64,000 bases of DNA from Octopus bimaculoides. Taxonomy: Eukaryota. Below, one piece after another: positions 40,393-52,721 of the stretch; the first letter of the stretch is position 1; every line of letters starts with the position of its first letter. The notes beneath the pieces were generated by a model that saw only the letters and a list, made by a program, of their open reading frames with translations, did no database searches and was not told the origin of the DNA. Made by a program: the position numbers and the translations under genes. Where the stretch lies: NCBI RefSeq assembly GCF_001194135.2, contig NC_068981.1, forward strand, positions 141,721,467 to 141,785,466, read 5' to 3'.

Positions 40393-43300
40393 GCTAAGTT
40401 GATGCAGGGTTCTAGATAAAAATTCATGAGGTCTGTCTTCAGGCGAGATTTAAATATATTGTGCATAGAACGTTTGTATCTGAACAGACAAGAAGTTCCA
40501 TGCTCAGTGGTAATACGTGTTTTTTTTTTTTATGTAAAGATTTAGACATGGAAGCCGCGTGTACGAGCCCGAATGAAACCGACCGTAGGTGCAGATCTCT
40601 GTGGTAGTAGCAAATATCCGAAGTTATTAGACTCCAAAGTATATACAGTGTACGCGCATGCATCATGTAGACGTATCTGTACAGTTGAAACTCCTAATTT
40701 CGACGTTCTGTTGTTGTAATGGTTATCGCCGCCATCATATTTACAGTGGTTCGATTTCCGTAGGTTCTTTTGTAAGCTTTTCATTGTCTAAGGGATAATT
40801 TACTCGATAAGTAGGGAGCTGTTGTTTATAGCTTTATTTCCATTTAAGCAGCTCCCATTGAAAACAATTTGAAGTATCTCTGTTTTTCCAACGATCCAAA
40901 GTATATATGTATATCATTGCTAATGCTGTTAACTCTTTTCAAACAGATCTTTGTCACGTACGATTGATAGACATAGCTAGTATTCCAATACATTATACGA
41001 CCACCTACATTAGGACTGCGATATAAATTCCAAATGTTATATAAACGTATATACACCACATGTTATTCTTTTACAACTTACCTTCAGTTGATTGCCGTTA
41101 TACGCACACACCAACTTCAAGAGTTTTAATAAATGACTTTGACGTAAATTCTTACTTGAGGCTGTTAATAATTTTATTGTTCTCTCTCTGATAGTTAGTC
41201 TTTCCTTTTTTATATAAAGGTGTACAATTTGATATACCAGTTAACACTGGCAAGTGTAAACCCAGATACACATTCAGATATAGACACAGAAATAAAACAC
41301 AGATATAAATACACATAAACACACTTACACAAAGACACACACACACACGTATGCGCGCGCGCAAACACACACACATAAATATTTACCGCCGGCTTCCTCA
41401 TGTTTTCCCTCTGCTAAATTTCATACACAGATCATTGGTCAATCTGTGACTATATAATTTAGTTATCGACCAGTCATGGGAGGTGAGGCAGTAACTATCA
41501 CTCTTCTCGGCTAGCCAAAGGCTGATTAGGAAGGTATCTTCAACTGAGAATCCTGTCCAGTATGCTTCCAAAGTATTGTATTTGGCTGAAGGCATCTACA
41601 GTTCGAATGGTGGTGTTAAACCATACTTCGAATATCGTCTTCTATCCGAGAAACGAAATAGTATATCAGAGGTTCTTCTCAATCGTTTCTGCTTAAGAAA
41701 CACATTCTTCTCATAAGAAGAAACTTTCCCAGGGTGCCATGCAGCTTAATGGAAACTGGAACGACATGGCTACGAAACGAACTTATTCAATCTACAGATG
41801 TCAGTGTCTATTTCTGTATATACTATATGTTTCTATGCGTATAATTTCGTATACGTCTGTCCTTATGTGTGCATGCTTTTGTTTCTGTTTTTATGTATGT
41901 ACATATGCCTTTATGTACGTGAATCGATTGATATCTTAACTATTACTTTCTGACTTAATAGTTTATGACAAGGTTTTTCTATCTTTATGACTCAGTGGAA
42001 TTGTGAGAATCAAACAAAAAAATTAGTTGTGCACTTCGCAAGGAATTTTTTGCAGCGAGATAACTTATAGTTGAAAAGTTGGAAAACAAGAATTGAAAAA
42101 TATTGCTTACTTTTACTTTTGTCACTCATAAAGAAATCATTTTTCAAGACAACCAAGCATTAGTATGGGACGTCTTAAGTATTTTAAAATCCGATGCTCT
42201 TTTTCTAGAGAGCATCAAGTTATGCCACATTGCGAACTCGTGTCCTGCGGGGAAGCTTTCGGGATGCACTGCTTTTTAGTATAAAAAATGTGTAGTACTG
42301 GGAATGTTTTTTTTTTAACGTTCGAGTGGCATTTTATTTTTTACTGTCTATTTCTGTTGCTGAATGTTGTTGTTATTCTTATCTCCTTTGGCATCAGCCT
42401 TCAACAAAGTAACCTATCTCATTTTGTATATCAAAGTCCAACATGTCCCTTTTTTACTGCAGGAAAGCATATCTTAAGGCAGGTTCGAGTCCTATCTCTA
42501 GTAAGTCGGGTAACTGCGTAGAAGCAACCTCGTTGCTAATATTTAAGCTAAGAATCCACCAACTTTTGTAGTTAATAAATATAATGATACTCATACAACA
42601 ATGGTATGGGCATCAGTATGGGCTTTTGTCTATTTGTACCTGTTGTGACGGAGTAGCTATAATAGAATGTTTCTACTCGAGTTGTAGCACAACTTTGAAG
42701 TAATGTTTAGTAAATTCACAGCCTGCAATGGTAACAGCTTGTACACAGCCTGTGATGACTCAAAATATATAATTTGATATGCTTTGTCGGTTATGAAGCT
42801 ACGAGGGAAGGCAACTGGTATAATCGATGATGCAAATAATATATTGTCTGCTCATTAACGCTATTCTTCTCTTCTATATGTGCTTATTAAAATGAGACTA
42901 ATATAAATTTATTTCTATACGTGACAGAAACCATCAATTCTTCATCCTGCGTCCTCTTACATTCTAAAGTAACACATATTTCTCAACGCTACGCAATTCA
43001 GTCATCTGACTGAAGGAATACGACAGGAAGTGTTTGAGAAAGAACATTATTGTCAGCTACATCTTAATCTAACAAACACGGTGATGGCATTTACGTTTCT
43101 TGTACACGGTCGTTACATCTAGTGGACATGTACAGCTAATCATCCTCAAATCACATCACATTATCTCAAATCAGCGATGTATTCGGCAATCCAAAACCTG
43201 ATATTAAAACCACGGTAAGAATCACGAATAGAACTCTATTGCTCATAAGTCTGTTCGGTCACGGGCGTTCTTGGCTTTAAATATAAATAAGTTTACATCG

Positions 43301-43671
43301 GTCCATGCACTAAATCCTTTGCGAGATTGTTTGACATTCTAAAATTAGGTCAGAAATTTCCACAAATCTCGTCTTAAAGCAGGGACGGAAACATTGGAAT
43401 ATATAACATTTTAAGCATAAGAACAGTACCATTTCTCTCCCTCCTCCTTTGTCTCCCCCCTCTTTCTCTCTCTTTCTTTCTTAGATTATATTCCTTCTTG
43501 GCGTTCCTTTTGTAGGAGATTGTGTACTGGAAATATTTCATTAGTACACTTTAAATTTCGCTAAATTTGGATCACCTCGAAAACGTTATGCTAACATATA
43601 TTTTCGGAAATATTAATTACAATATTTACTATATCTATATATGTTAATTCAATTGTCGGTTTTGTAAGATG

Positions 43672-43829
43672 AATTCTACAATAATGTAAATTGTAAGGTT
43701 AATTTTACAATAATGTACATTGTAAGGTTAATTCTACAATAATGTACATTGTAAGTTTAATTTTACAATAATGTACATTGTAATGTTAATTCTACAATAA
43801 TTTACATTGTAAGGTTAATTTTACAATAA
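43672..43829. repeat. 29-bp minisatellite, about 5.5 copies
   Basis: Unit aattYtacaataatgtacattgtaaggtt. Confidence 0.95.
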
Positions 43830-43953
43830 AGATGTGATTTTCTCTGCACTTAAATTTGTTGTCAAATACTCTGAATTTCTCGAAATTCAGAGTATTCCGA
43901 TCTACTTCTCATACATGAAGAATTACCTTGGATGCGTAATCTGCTGACATTTA

Positions 43954-44168
43954 AAGGCGGCGAGCTGGCAGAAACGTTAGCACACCGGACGAAATGCTTA
44001 GCGGTATTTCGTCTGTCTTTATGTTCTGAGTTCAAATTCCGCCGAGGTCGACTTTGCCTTGCATCTTTTCGGGGCGGTAAATCAAGTACCAGTTACGTAC
44101 CGAGGTCGATCGAATCGACTCGCCCCTCTCCCAAAATGTCGGGCCTTGTGCCTTGAGTAGAAAAGAAT
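43954..44168 (+). mobile_element. SINE family A, near intact, with a 15-bp TSD
   Basis: TSD atct(g/a)ctgacattta at 43939-43953 and 44167-44181; B box gagttcaaattcc. Confidence 0.92.
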
Positions 44169-44307
44169 CTACTGACATTTACGGGTGTTTGTTGGATACT
44201 ATTAACCAAATTCTTTTAAAACTGAGTGATGTTTTGATATCTGCCTGAATGTTTAATCTCTCATTTTCTTCTATTTCGTATAATTCACCTAAAAAGGTTT
44301 TTTAACG

Positions 44308-44381
44308 TACTGACTACTTGGTAAAATTATTAATTATTAATTAATTAATTAATAATTAATAATTTTACCAAGTACTCAGTA
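44308..44381. repeat. 74-bp palindrome with a perfect 60-bp core
   Basis: 44315-44374 equals its own reverse complement; the flanking 7 bp pair with one mismatch. Confidence 0.95.
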
Positions 44382-44599
44382 TATATATATACATATATAC
44401 AAATATATATAAACAGGTATGTGTGCATCTGTGGCTGTGTGTAGGTATGTATGCATCAATGTATGTGTGTGCAACGTGAAATTCTAGGTAACAGTTTTTT
44501 GTGATATTTTTTTTCTGATTCTTTATATATTTAATATATTACTCTACCTCCAGTTTTCGAGTACTATTTTTCCCACCTTGTTACATATCTATGAGCTTA

Positions 44600-44845
44600 C
44601 TCGGTTACTTGTGTATATGTGTGTGTCTGTGTGTGTCTGTGTGTGTCTGTGTGTGTGTGTCTGTGTGAGTGTGTCTATGTGTGTGTGCCTGTGTGTGTGT
44701 GTGTGTGTCTGTGTGAGTGTGTCTATGTGTGTGTCTCTGTGTGTGTGTGTATGTGTGTGTGTGTGTATGTGTGTGTTTATATGTGTGTGTATGTGTGTGT
44801 GCCTGTATGTGTGTGCCTGTATGTGTGTGTGTGTGTGTGTGTGTG
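44600..44845. repeat. Degenerate (GT)n tract
   Basis: Direct reading. Confidence 0.9.
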
Positions 44846-45119
44846 AAACAGAAAATATAATCAGTATTTGTGCTTTATCATGTATACGTGTTAATTGCGT
44901 ATGCCGAGAGGCACAGTTACGTGACGCATTGCAGCTGGCCACTTCGTCAGCATTCTTTTGTGTGTGTGTGTGTGTGTGTGTTAGTTTTATGTTGGTTCTT
45001 GCTGCCACTACTGCTGCTGCTGCTGTCATATCATATGAAGGAAAAATACATAATGTTGAATCTTGCATTATTTTTTTTTTTCGAATGAATTAAGGAGTGA
45101 CGATGATGTCATGAATATT

Positions 45120-47600
45120 TTTCATTATCACCATCATGAAACGTAGCTGGATGCGTACGACTATGACGACGATTATGGTGTTGACGATAATGATGATGAC
45201 GATGACGACGACAGCGACGATGATGCCGATGATAATCATGATAATTGTTACTGCCCGCAAAGCAAAGGTGGCGGAAAATTCTGTAACATTATGAATGTGC
45301 TAATGTTCACTTGATATCCATATTTGACGTTCGGTAACGAACTCCGGATGCTACATCCGCAAGAAATAAATGAGTGGCCTCCAGGTGTGTCTGACAAAGC
45401 TCTGCTCATTTATTGTAGCGTCGATTTTTGTATGGTTGATGCAACTTCTGGCAAAGAAGACTCACAGTTAATGATAGCATATTGGTACATCTGATATTTG
45501 TGGTGCTGATGGTGGAAGTCGTGGTGGTGGTGAGAATGGTGATGTTGTAAATGCTGGTGATACTATGATTAATGTTGATGTTGTTGTTGTTGTTGTTGGC
45601 GGTGGTCGTAGTAATAGACGGAATAGTATTAGTAGTATTTGCGTTGCTATGGTAATTATGGTGGTGTAGATGATTCTGATGATTATAGTAATGCTGGTGA
45701 TAGCGTTGAGATTGTTGTGATGCTATTGATGTTAGCAGATGGTGGCAGGAGCCTTGCCATGGCTGTGATTTTGTAGCTGGTATCCATGATTGTAATGATT
45801 TCATGCAGTGGTGGTGGTAGTGGTCGTCGTCGTGGTGTTGGAGGTGATGATACTGGTGGAAGTGGTGGTAGTGCATTTAGTACTTACGTTGCTGTTATTG
45901 ATAGGTGCGCTTACGCTGTTGATTTCAAAGGGGATTATGGGGGCTGGTTGTGGTGGCGGTGGCGGTGGCGGCGGCGGCGGCGGTGGTGGTGGTGGTGGTG
46001 GTAATGGTGGGGGTGTTGGTAGTGGTAGAAATTATGTTGCTGCGCTGATATTGAGGACGAGAGCAATGTAGTTAGTGGTGGTCGTCTTCGTAATGGGGTT
46101 AGTGATGGTGGTGGTGAAGGTGGTGGCCATGGTCAAGGTTCTGTTACAAGTGTTATTGAGAAGAGCAATGTTGTTACTGTTGTTGCTGTTGTTGTTGGTG
46201 GTGGTGGTGGTAGTGGTGGTAGTGGTAATAGAGGTGATGGTGATGTTTGTGGTGCTATCCAGAGATGTCTTGTTGCGTGTTGTTCTTTTCTACCGTCATT
46301 TCTCTTCTGGTCGAGTAAAAATGTCATCAACTACTCCTCTCATGACCATATCATCGATATATTCATGCGTAATATACTTCGGACTCCATAATTATTATAC
46401 GTCCATTTGACGTAAGGGCGCAGTTTGATTGATATCTAACTGCCACTTCTAGTAAATCAACCACCACAGATTCTCTCGGTCACTGCTTATGATGGTGTTA
46501 TTGCAACTGGTGGAGACGTTGATGCAACACTTGCCAAATTCTCATTGAATAAATCTACAATGAATGATATTTAAATCATGGCAATTTACCGGAATATACA
46601 TACAAGAGGAATCACTGCTAGCTGTGTGGAAAATTTGAACTCAGAACACGAAGATAGACGAAATACCGCTATGCATTTCGCCTGGCGTGCTAACGTTTCT
46701 GCCAGCTCGCTGCCTTAGTGGTAGGGGTAATATTGTTATGGTGGTATAGGTGGTGTGGTTGTGTTGATATTTGCGATGGAGGATACTGATGTTTTTTGTG
46801 GTAGATTTTTGATGAAGTTGTTAACAGATAGTTAATAACATTGTTTGCGGTATGGTGCTTCTGCTACTGCTGTTGTTGTCGGAGATGTTATTGTTGTTGG
46901 TGTTGGTGGTGGTGGTCGTCGTCGTTGAGGTCGTGGGGAAGCTGGCGGTAGTGGTGGTGGTGATGGCTATGATGAAGGTGGTGGTAGAAGTGGTAATCAT
47001 ATTGTTTGCAGCCTAGGGCTTCTGACATTGTTGTTGTAGATGGTGGTGGTGGTGATGGTCCTGGTCCTGGTCGTGGTGGTGGCAGCGGCAGTGGTGACGT
47101 TGGTTATGGCGGTGGTGCTGGTGGCGGCGGCGGTGGTGGTGTTGGTGTTGTTTGTGGTGGTGGTGGTGGTGGTGGTGGTNNNNNNNNNNNNNNNNNNNNN
47201 NNNNNNNNNNNNNNNNNNNNNNNNNNNNNNNNNNNNNNNNNNNNNNNNNNNNNNNNNNNNNNNNNNNNNNNNNNNNNNNNNNNNNNNNNNNNNNNNNNNN
47301 NNNNNNNNNNNNNNNNNNNNNNNNNNNNNNNNNNNNNNNNNNNNNNNNNNNNNNNNNNNNNNNNNNNNNNNNNNNNNNNNNNNNNNNNNNNNNNNNNNNN
47401 NNNNNNNNNNNNNNNNNNNNNNNNNNTTATTCTTGATGTTCTTAATGGGAGTGATAGCATAATTGTTCGTAGTGATTCTATTTGTTCTTAATTGAAATGT
47501 TAATGGAGTTGGTGATATGTAAAGTGCTGCTGGTGGTGGTTGTGGTGGTGGTGGTGGTGGTGGTGGTGGTTGTTGTTGTGGTGGTGGTGGTGGTGGTTAT
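45120..47600. repeat. Extended GGT/GAT/GTT triplet low-complexity region with G-rich runs and a gap
   Basis: Interspersed (GAT)n, (GTT)n, (GGT)n and (GGC)n; gap 47180-47426. Confidence 0.85.
46628..46717 (-). mobile_element. 5' half of SINE family A
   Basis: Reverse complement of the aaggcagcgagctggcagaaacgttagcacgcc...gagttcaaatt head. Confidence 0.85.
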
Positions 47601-48014
47601 TTGTTTTATTACTGGTTACAGTCATTAGACTACAGCCAAGCTTGGGCACTACCATATAGTTCTTAGTCAATTATAGTGATCCTAGATTAAATGACTTAGT
47701 CATATCTTTCAAATTAATTACATATCATTTATGTATGAATTATGTAATGATTATATAGTGTAAGACATAACCATGAAATTTTGAGTTGTTTGTTTTCTAT
47801 TCTTGCAAATATTCTGCATTGATCTTTCGTTGTAGCCGAGTTTAACTCCGTAATGCCTTTCCTGCTAGGGTGTGGTACTGAAGCAATAATATGTTGGAAT
47901 TTAAACATATGTTATAGAACTGAACTTTTAAATTCATTGGTGATTATTTATTTATTATTTATTTTTTGCTATGATTAAGCATCACCTTCATGTATTAAAA
48001 TAAAATAATACGTG

Positions 48015-48185
48015 TATTAGAGCAATGATTTTCAAATAACACCCTATCGTCTTAAAAATCGGAGTATATGTTATTTAATGAAGTTGTACAAAATGCTAAA
48101 AAGTGTTTGAAGGCCATAACAAGTACACTTTTCATTATAAGTCTGCTAAATTAGGGTTAATCTGTGTCTAAACAACAGCAACATT
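48015..48185 (+). mobile_element. Old dispersed repeat (3' part of a SINE/LINE-like family ending in ctaaacaac)
   Basis: Similar to the reverse complement of 49875-49915 and loosely to 33955-34135 and 7995-8060. Confidence 0.4.
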
Positions 48186-48459
48186 TAGAAAACCTCGAAA
48201 GCTGATATTTTCGCTGAATCAATCACGGATGCCACCCGAAAACTAACTATAACAATACCAACAACATTATCACCGCCAACACCAGGACAGCCACCACCAA
48301 CATCACTGACTCATTGACTACCAGTTTCAGCACCAGCCTAACCATTGCAACCGCTACTAGTGCAGGATATGTCTATGTGGTGATGTTTGCTACGCAATAA
48401 GTGCTCCTAGGTTCGCTTTCATTATATGATATATTGGGCAAGTACAGAGAGGTTTGGGC

Positions 48460-49200
48460 AAGTATAGAGTGGTTTCGGATTCAGTACCACTGCGTGGCAC
48501 TTTGTGCAAATGCTTCTGCTACAACTCGAAACCGACAAAATTATTGAGTGAATATGGCAACTGTGGAACGTCCGCGTCGTATATACATGTGTGTGTGTGC
48601 GTGAGTGTGCGTGAGTGTGCGTGAGTGCCTGCATATATACATACATACACACACACACANNNNNNNNNNNNNNNNNNNNNNNNNNNNNNNNNNNNNNNNN
48701 NNNNNNNNNNNNNNNNNNNNNNNNNNNNNNNNNNNNNNNNNNNNNNNNNNNNNNNNNNNNNNNNNNNNNNNNNNNNNNNNNNNNNNNNNNNNNNNNNNNN
48801 NNNNNNNNNNNNNNNNNNNNNNNNNNNNNNNNNNNNNNNNNNNNNNNNNNNNNNNNNNNNNNNNNNNNNNNNNNNNNNNNNNNNNNNNNNNNNNNNNNNN
48901 NNNNNNNNNNNNNNNNNNNNNNNNNNNNNNNNNNNNNNNNNNNNNNNNNNNNNTATATATATATACACACACACACACATGTATGTGTGTGCGTGTGTGT
49001 GCATAAAAGTGGCGTGTTTGTGCGCGTGTATGCGCGTATGTTATGTACATATGCTTAACAACAGCTGCTGGTTGCTTATGACCTCGTAACCTACTGGGTC
49101 GGCAAAAATATTTGCTAGAATAAATACCAGACTTTAAATGAGTACTGTAGTCCATTTGATCAACTATGCCCTTTGAGGTGATGTCTCAGCTTGGTTGGGA
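48460..49200 (+). mobile_element. Degraded SINE family B spanning a gap
   Basis: cagtaccactgcgtggcactttgtgcaa head, microsatellite plus gap core, cgtaacctactgggtcggcaaaaa 3' half. Confidence 0.65.
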
Positions 49201-49922
49201 GTCGTCGTAGAGGTCGTGTTGGTTAGGGAGGCGTTCGTTATAGGAGTCATCGCCATCGTCGTTGGGAAGGTGGCGGAGAAGAAGAGGAAATGTTGGCAAG
49301 CAGGTATTTTAAAGAAAATTGTGAACGATGCACTGATGTGGGAGAAAAAGGAAGTACTGTAGAGAGAAGAGAAGGCTGAGTAGTAATGGAGAAACGAGGA
49401 AATTTATTATTGAGGAAAGAACATGTAAAAGTATAATAGGAAGGGGAGAGATATATCAATTAGAGAACTGGGTGTAAGCGAGGTAGAAGGTGACAGAGGA
49501 TGCTTATGCTGTGTTTGCGGATTGAACAACCACACAGATGCCCCAAAGACGGAAATTAGAGAGGAAGGTGGATTTGATAGAGGAGTAAAAAGAAGAATGG
49601 AGAGAAAAGAGGAGAAATGTGGACTGAGAGAGACGCGGGGTGGGTCGATGGAGCGTGAAAGATACAGAGGAGAAAAATTTATCGCAGCGAAGGCGAAACA
49701 AGGAATAGAGAGTGGGTTAGGAAAAAGAAGAATTCTACACAGTAAACACCATAAGTATCATTTCAACGGATGTGCATCGCCTGATACTGACACCGCCGTT
49801 GCTAAGACGGATGTAAGTTCTGAAGGTGGTAACAGTCATCGATGATTCTAATGGTGCTGCTTCCAGGCTGTTGTTACTGTTGTTTAGCCCCAGGTTAAGG
49901 CTGATCAAGAAGACTCATGATG

Positions 49923-50159
49923 TACTCTTTTACTCTTTTACTCTTTTACTTGTTTCAGTCATTTGACTGCGGCCATGCTGGAGCACTGCCTTTAGTCGAG
50001 CAAATCGACCCCAGGACTTATTCTTTGTAAGCCTAGTACTTATTCTATCGGTGTCTTTTGCTGAACCGCTAGGTTACGGGGTCATAAACACACCAGCACC
50101 GGTTGTCAAGCTATGTTGGGAGGACAAACAGACACACAAACATATATACACACACATAC

Positions 50160-50215
<56 letters not shown>

Positions 50216-50378
50216 GACGGGCTTCTTTCAGTTTCCGTCTAACAGATTCACTCACAAGGCTTTAGTCGGCCCGAGGCTACAGTAGGAGACACTTGCCCGA
50301 GGTGCCACGCAGTGGGACTGAACCCGGAACCATGTGGTTGGTGAGCAATCGACTTACCACACAGCCACTCATGCGCCT
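49923..50378 (-). mobile_element. SINE family B, near intact, with an internal (TA)n tract and an (AAAGAGTA)n tail
   Basis: On the - strand: ggcgcatgagtggctgtgtggtaag A-box region, ggttccgggttcagtccc B-box region, cgggcaagtgtc, microsatellite core and tandem tail. Confidence 0.92.
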
Positions 50379-50870
50379 ATAAAAAATCTGCCCCCTTTTG
50401 TTCTTTTTGTCTATCACAATATAGCAAAATGATATTATACAGTCTGTCTTTCATTTCAAGATGCAGCATTCGATTTGACTGCTCTTTCCAAAACATCGAG
50501 TGACCAAGTCTGACAGAGGTCTTTCACTGGCTCATGGTTTTATTGATGGTGATGGTGGTGGAGATTATATAATTGGTACTGGTGATAATAGCCGTTTCAC
50601 TGGTAATAGTTGTGGTGATGGTGATGTCGATTGTAATTGTGGTAGTGGTGATGGTAGCGCGGTTTGTTGGGTTCATTAAGGTTGTGAGGACGTTGCTGTT
50701 GGTCGTAGTCGTGAGGGCAGTGGTAGTAGTATGGCTAATGGTAATGATAGTGGTATTAGTGTTAGTAGAGATTATTTAGTAGAGGGCAAGCGACTGGTAG
50801 TTGTGAGGATAGTATGGCCGTAGAAGTGATTGTCAGTTGTAGCGGGAGTTATTTTCATGGTAATGGGGAT

Positions 50871-51185
50871 AGTGATCATGTTAGTGGCGTTACAGCCTAT
50901 ACTGGAGATGATAGTGATATCGGTAGTGGGGGTAGTGGTCATGTTAGTGGTGTTACGGATTGTAGTGGTGATGATAGTGGTATTGGTAGTAGTGGTAGTG
51001 GTAATGTTAGTGGTCTGACGTCTTGTAGTGAAAATGATAGTTGTATTGGTAGTGGTGTTAGTGGTCGTCTTAGTAGTCTAACGGCTTGTAGTGAAGATGA
51101 TAGTGGTATTGATAGTGGTGGTAGTGGTCATGTTAATGACGTTACGGCTCGTAGTGGACATGATAGTGTTACTGATAGTGGTGAT
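50871..51185 (+). repeat. 63-bp minisatellite, 5 diverged units, inside ORF 50814-51233
   Basis: Units start at 50871, 50934, 50997, 51060 and 51123 with no indels; the translation resembles SGHVSGVTxCSGDDSGIGSGG. Confidence 0.85.
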
Positions 51186-51334
51186 TGTCGTTGTAGTAGT
51201 GACGGTAATGGTAATGTTAGCGATGGTAAATGAGCGTGAAGTCGAAGTGGTGATGTTATTAGTGGTGATTGTGATGGTGGTAGATATGTTTTAGTGGTAG
51301 TTGTGGTAGTGCTGATGCTGGTCATAATTCTGTA

Positions 51335-51537
51335 TCACTTTGGGCAGCAATTTTCAGAGATGGAAAAGACGATTTCATGGAAACTAGAGTCTAACTGGTA
51401 CTTACTTTATCGACCTGAAAAGGATAAAAGACAAAATCGACCTCGGCAGAATTGGGACTCAAAACCTACAGACGGATGAAATGTCGCAAAAATATTTTAT
51501 CCGGCGTGTTAACGATTCTGACAGATCGCTGCGTTAC
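51335..51537 (-). mobile_element. Degraded SINE family A
   Basis: tggtacttactttatcgacc...aaatcgacctcggcagaatt...ctgacagatcgc. Confidence 0.7.
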
Positions 51538-52521
51538 TGATGGCATTAACAATGAGTAATTTTTGACACATGAACTAATACTCTAGTTACAGTTCATTCG
51601 TGACGTCTTTCTTGTCTGGTAAGGATCACAGAATAGCTTAATTGACCTCTTGCATTTCTGTGATTATTTTGGAAAAAACTATGGCTTTACATCCAACATT
51701 AATTTACTAGCATTGAATTTTTGAACACAAAAGTTAAGTTTTCTGGAGGCAGAATAGTGACAAAGTTATTTTGCAAGCTCACGTCATCCCACATTCACCT
51801 CCACTGCCGCTCTATGCACATCATATAATTCGGTCAAATCCGAGATACCAATTTATGAGGAGAAAACAGATTTGTACTAATATAGGGAATTACTGGAAGC
51901 ATGCAAATGTTTTTGTACTCCATTATGTCAAACGTAGTTACAGTGTATCATGATTAAAAGAAATTGCAAATGGTATACTTAACATTAACAAGTTAATTAA
52001 AACATTCACGCATAATTTTAGCGAAGTAAGTACAATATATGTCAGAATTCCTTTAGTGATTAGCTAACATTTCAAAAAGTGTTACATTATAGTTACCAGC
52101 ATATTTCAACAAAATATTCTCGTTTCAAACAAATATTTCCTCACCCTCCTATAGTAGCCTTTAGACGGAAATAGACAATTTTTAATCTCTATTTCTGCCT
52201 CCAAGAAAACTAACATTGGAGTTTCTACACGCTGTACTTTGAAAAAGAGCCGCAAGAGAGGTAAGCTCTGCTCATTGTGCAACAGCGTGAGTCAAGACAA
52301 TTCCATCAGGAACCATATCAGAAATATGATTTTCACGGAAAGTGGGACATGTAGAGATTCCCATTTGCACTAAATACAACTTTATTTATGTTAATTGTAA
52401 AACAGAACAATTAAACAAACGATTCACTGGGCACGGACGTGACGTCAGGCTCAATAACAAAAGTTCGACTGCACCTGCCGAAAATTTTGCATCAAACAAC
52501 TGCAATTAAAAAAAGACTTCA

Positions 52522-52721
52522 TACTCTTTTACTCTTTTACTTGTTTCAGTTATTTGACTGTGGCCATGCTGGAGCACTGCCTTTTAGTCGAGCTAAGCGA
52601 CCCCAGGACTTATTTTTGCAAGCCTAGTACTTATTCTATCGGTCTCTTTAGCCGAACCGCTATGTTACGGGGTGGTAAACACAGACACACAAACATATAC
52701 ACACACATACGTATATATATA
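52522..52721 (-). mobile_element. 3' half of SINE family B, ending in (TA)n plus a gap
   Basis: Near-identical to 49923-50150. Confidence 0.9.

Noticed and set aside
42470-42500. GGTTCGAGTCC B box with a short T-arm-like stem
   Set aside because: No A box, D arm or acceptor stem, so it is not a tRNA gene.
43672-43829. Regularly spaced palindromic repeats considered as a CRISPR array
   Set aside because: The units are contiguous with no unique spacers, there are no cas genes, and the context is eukaryotic.
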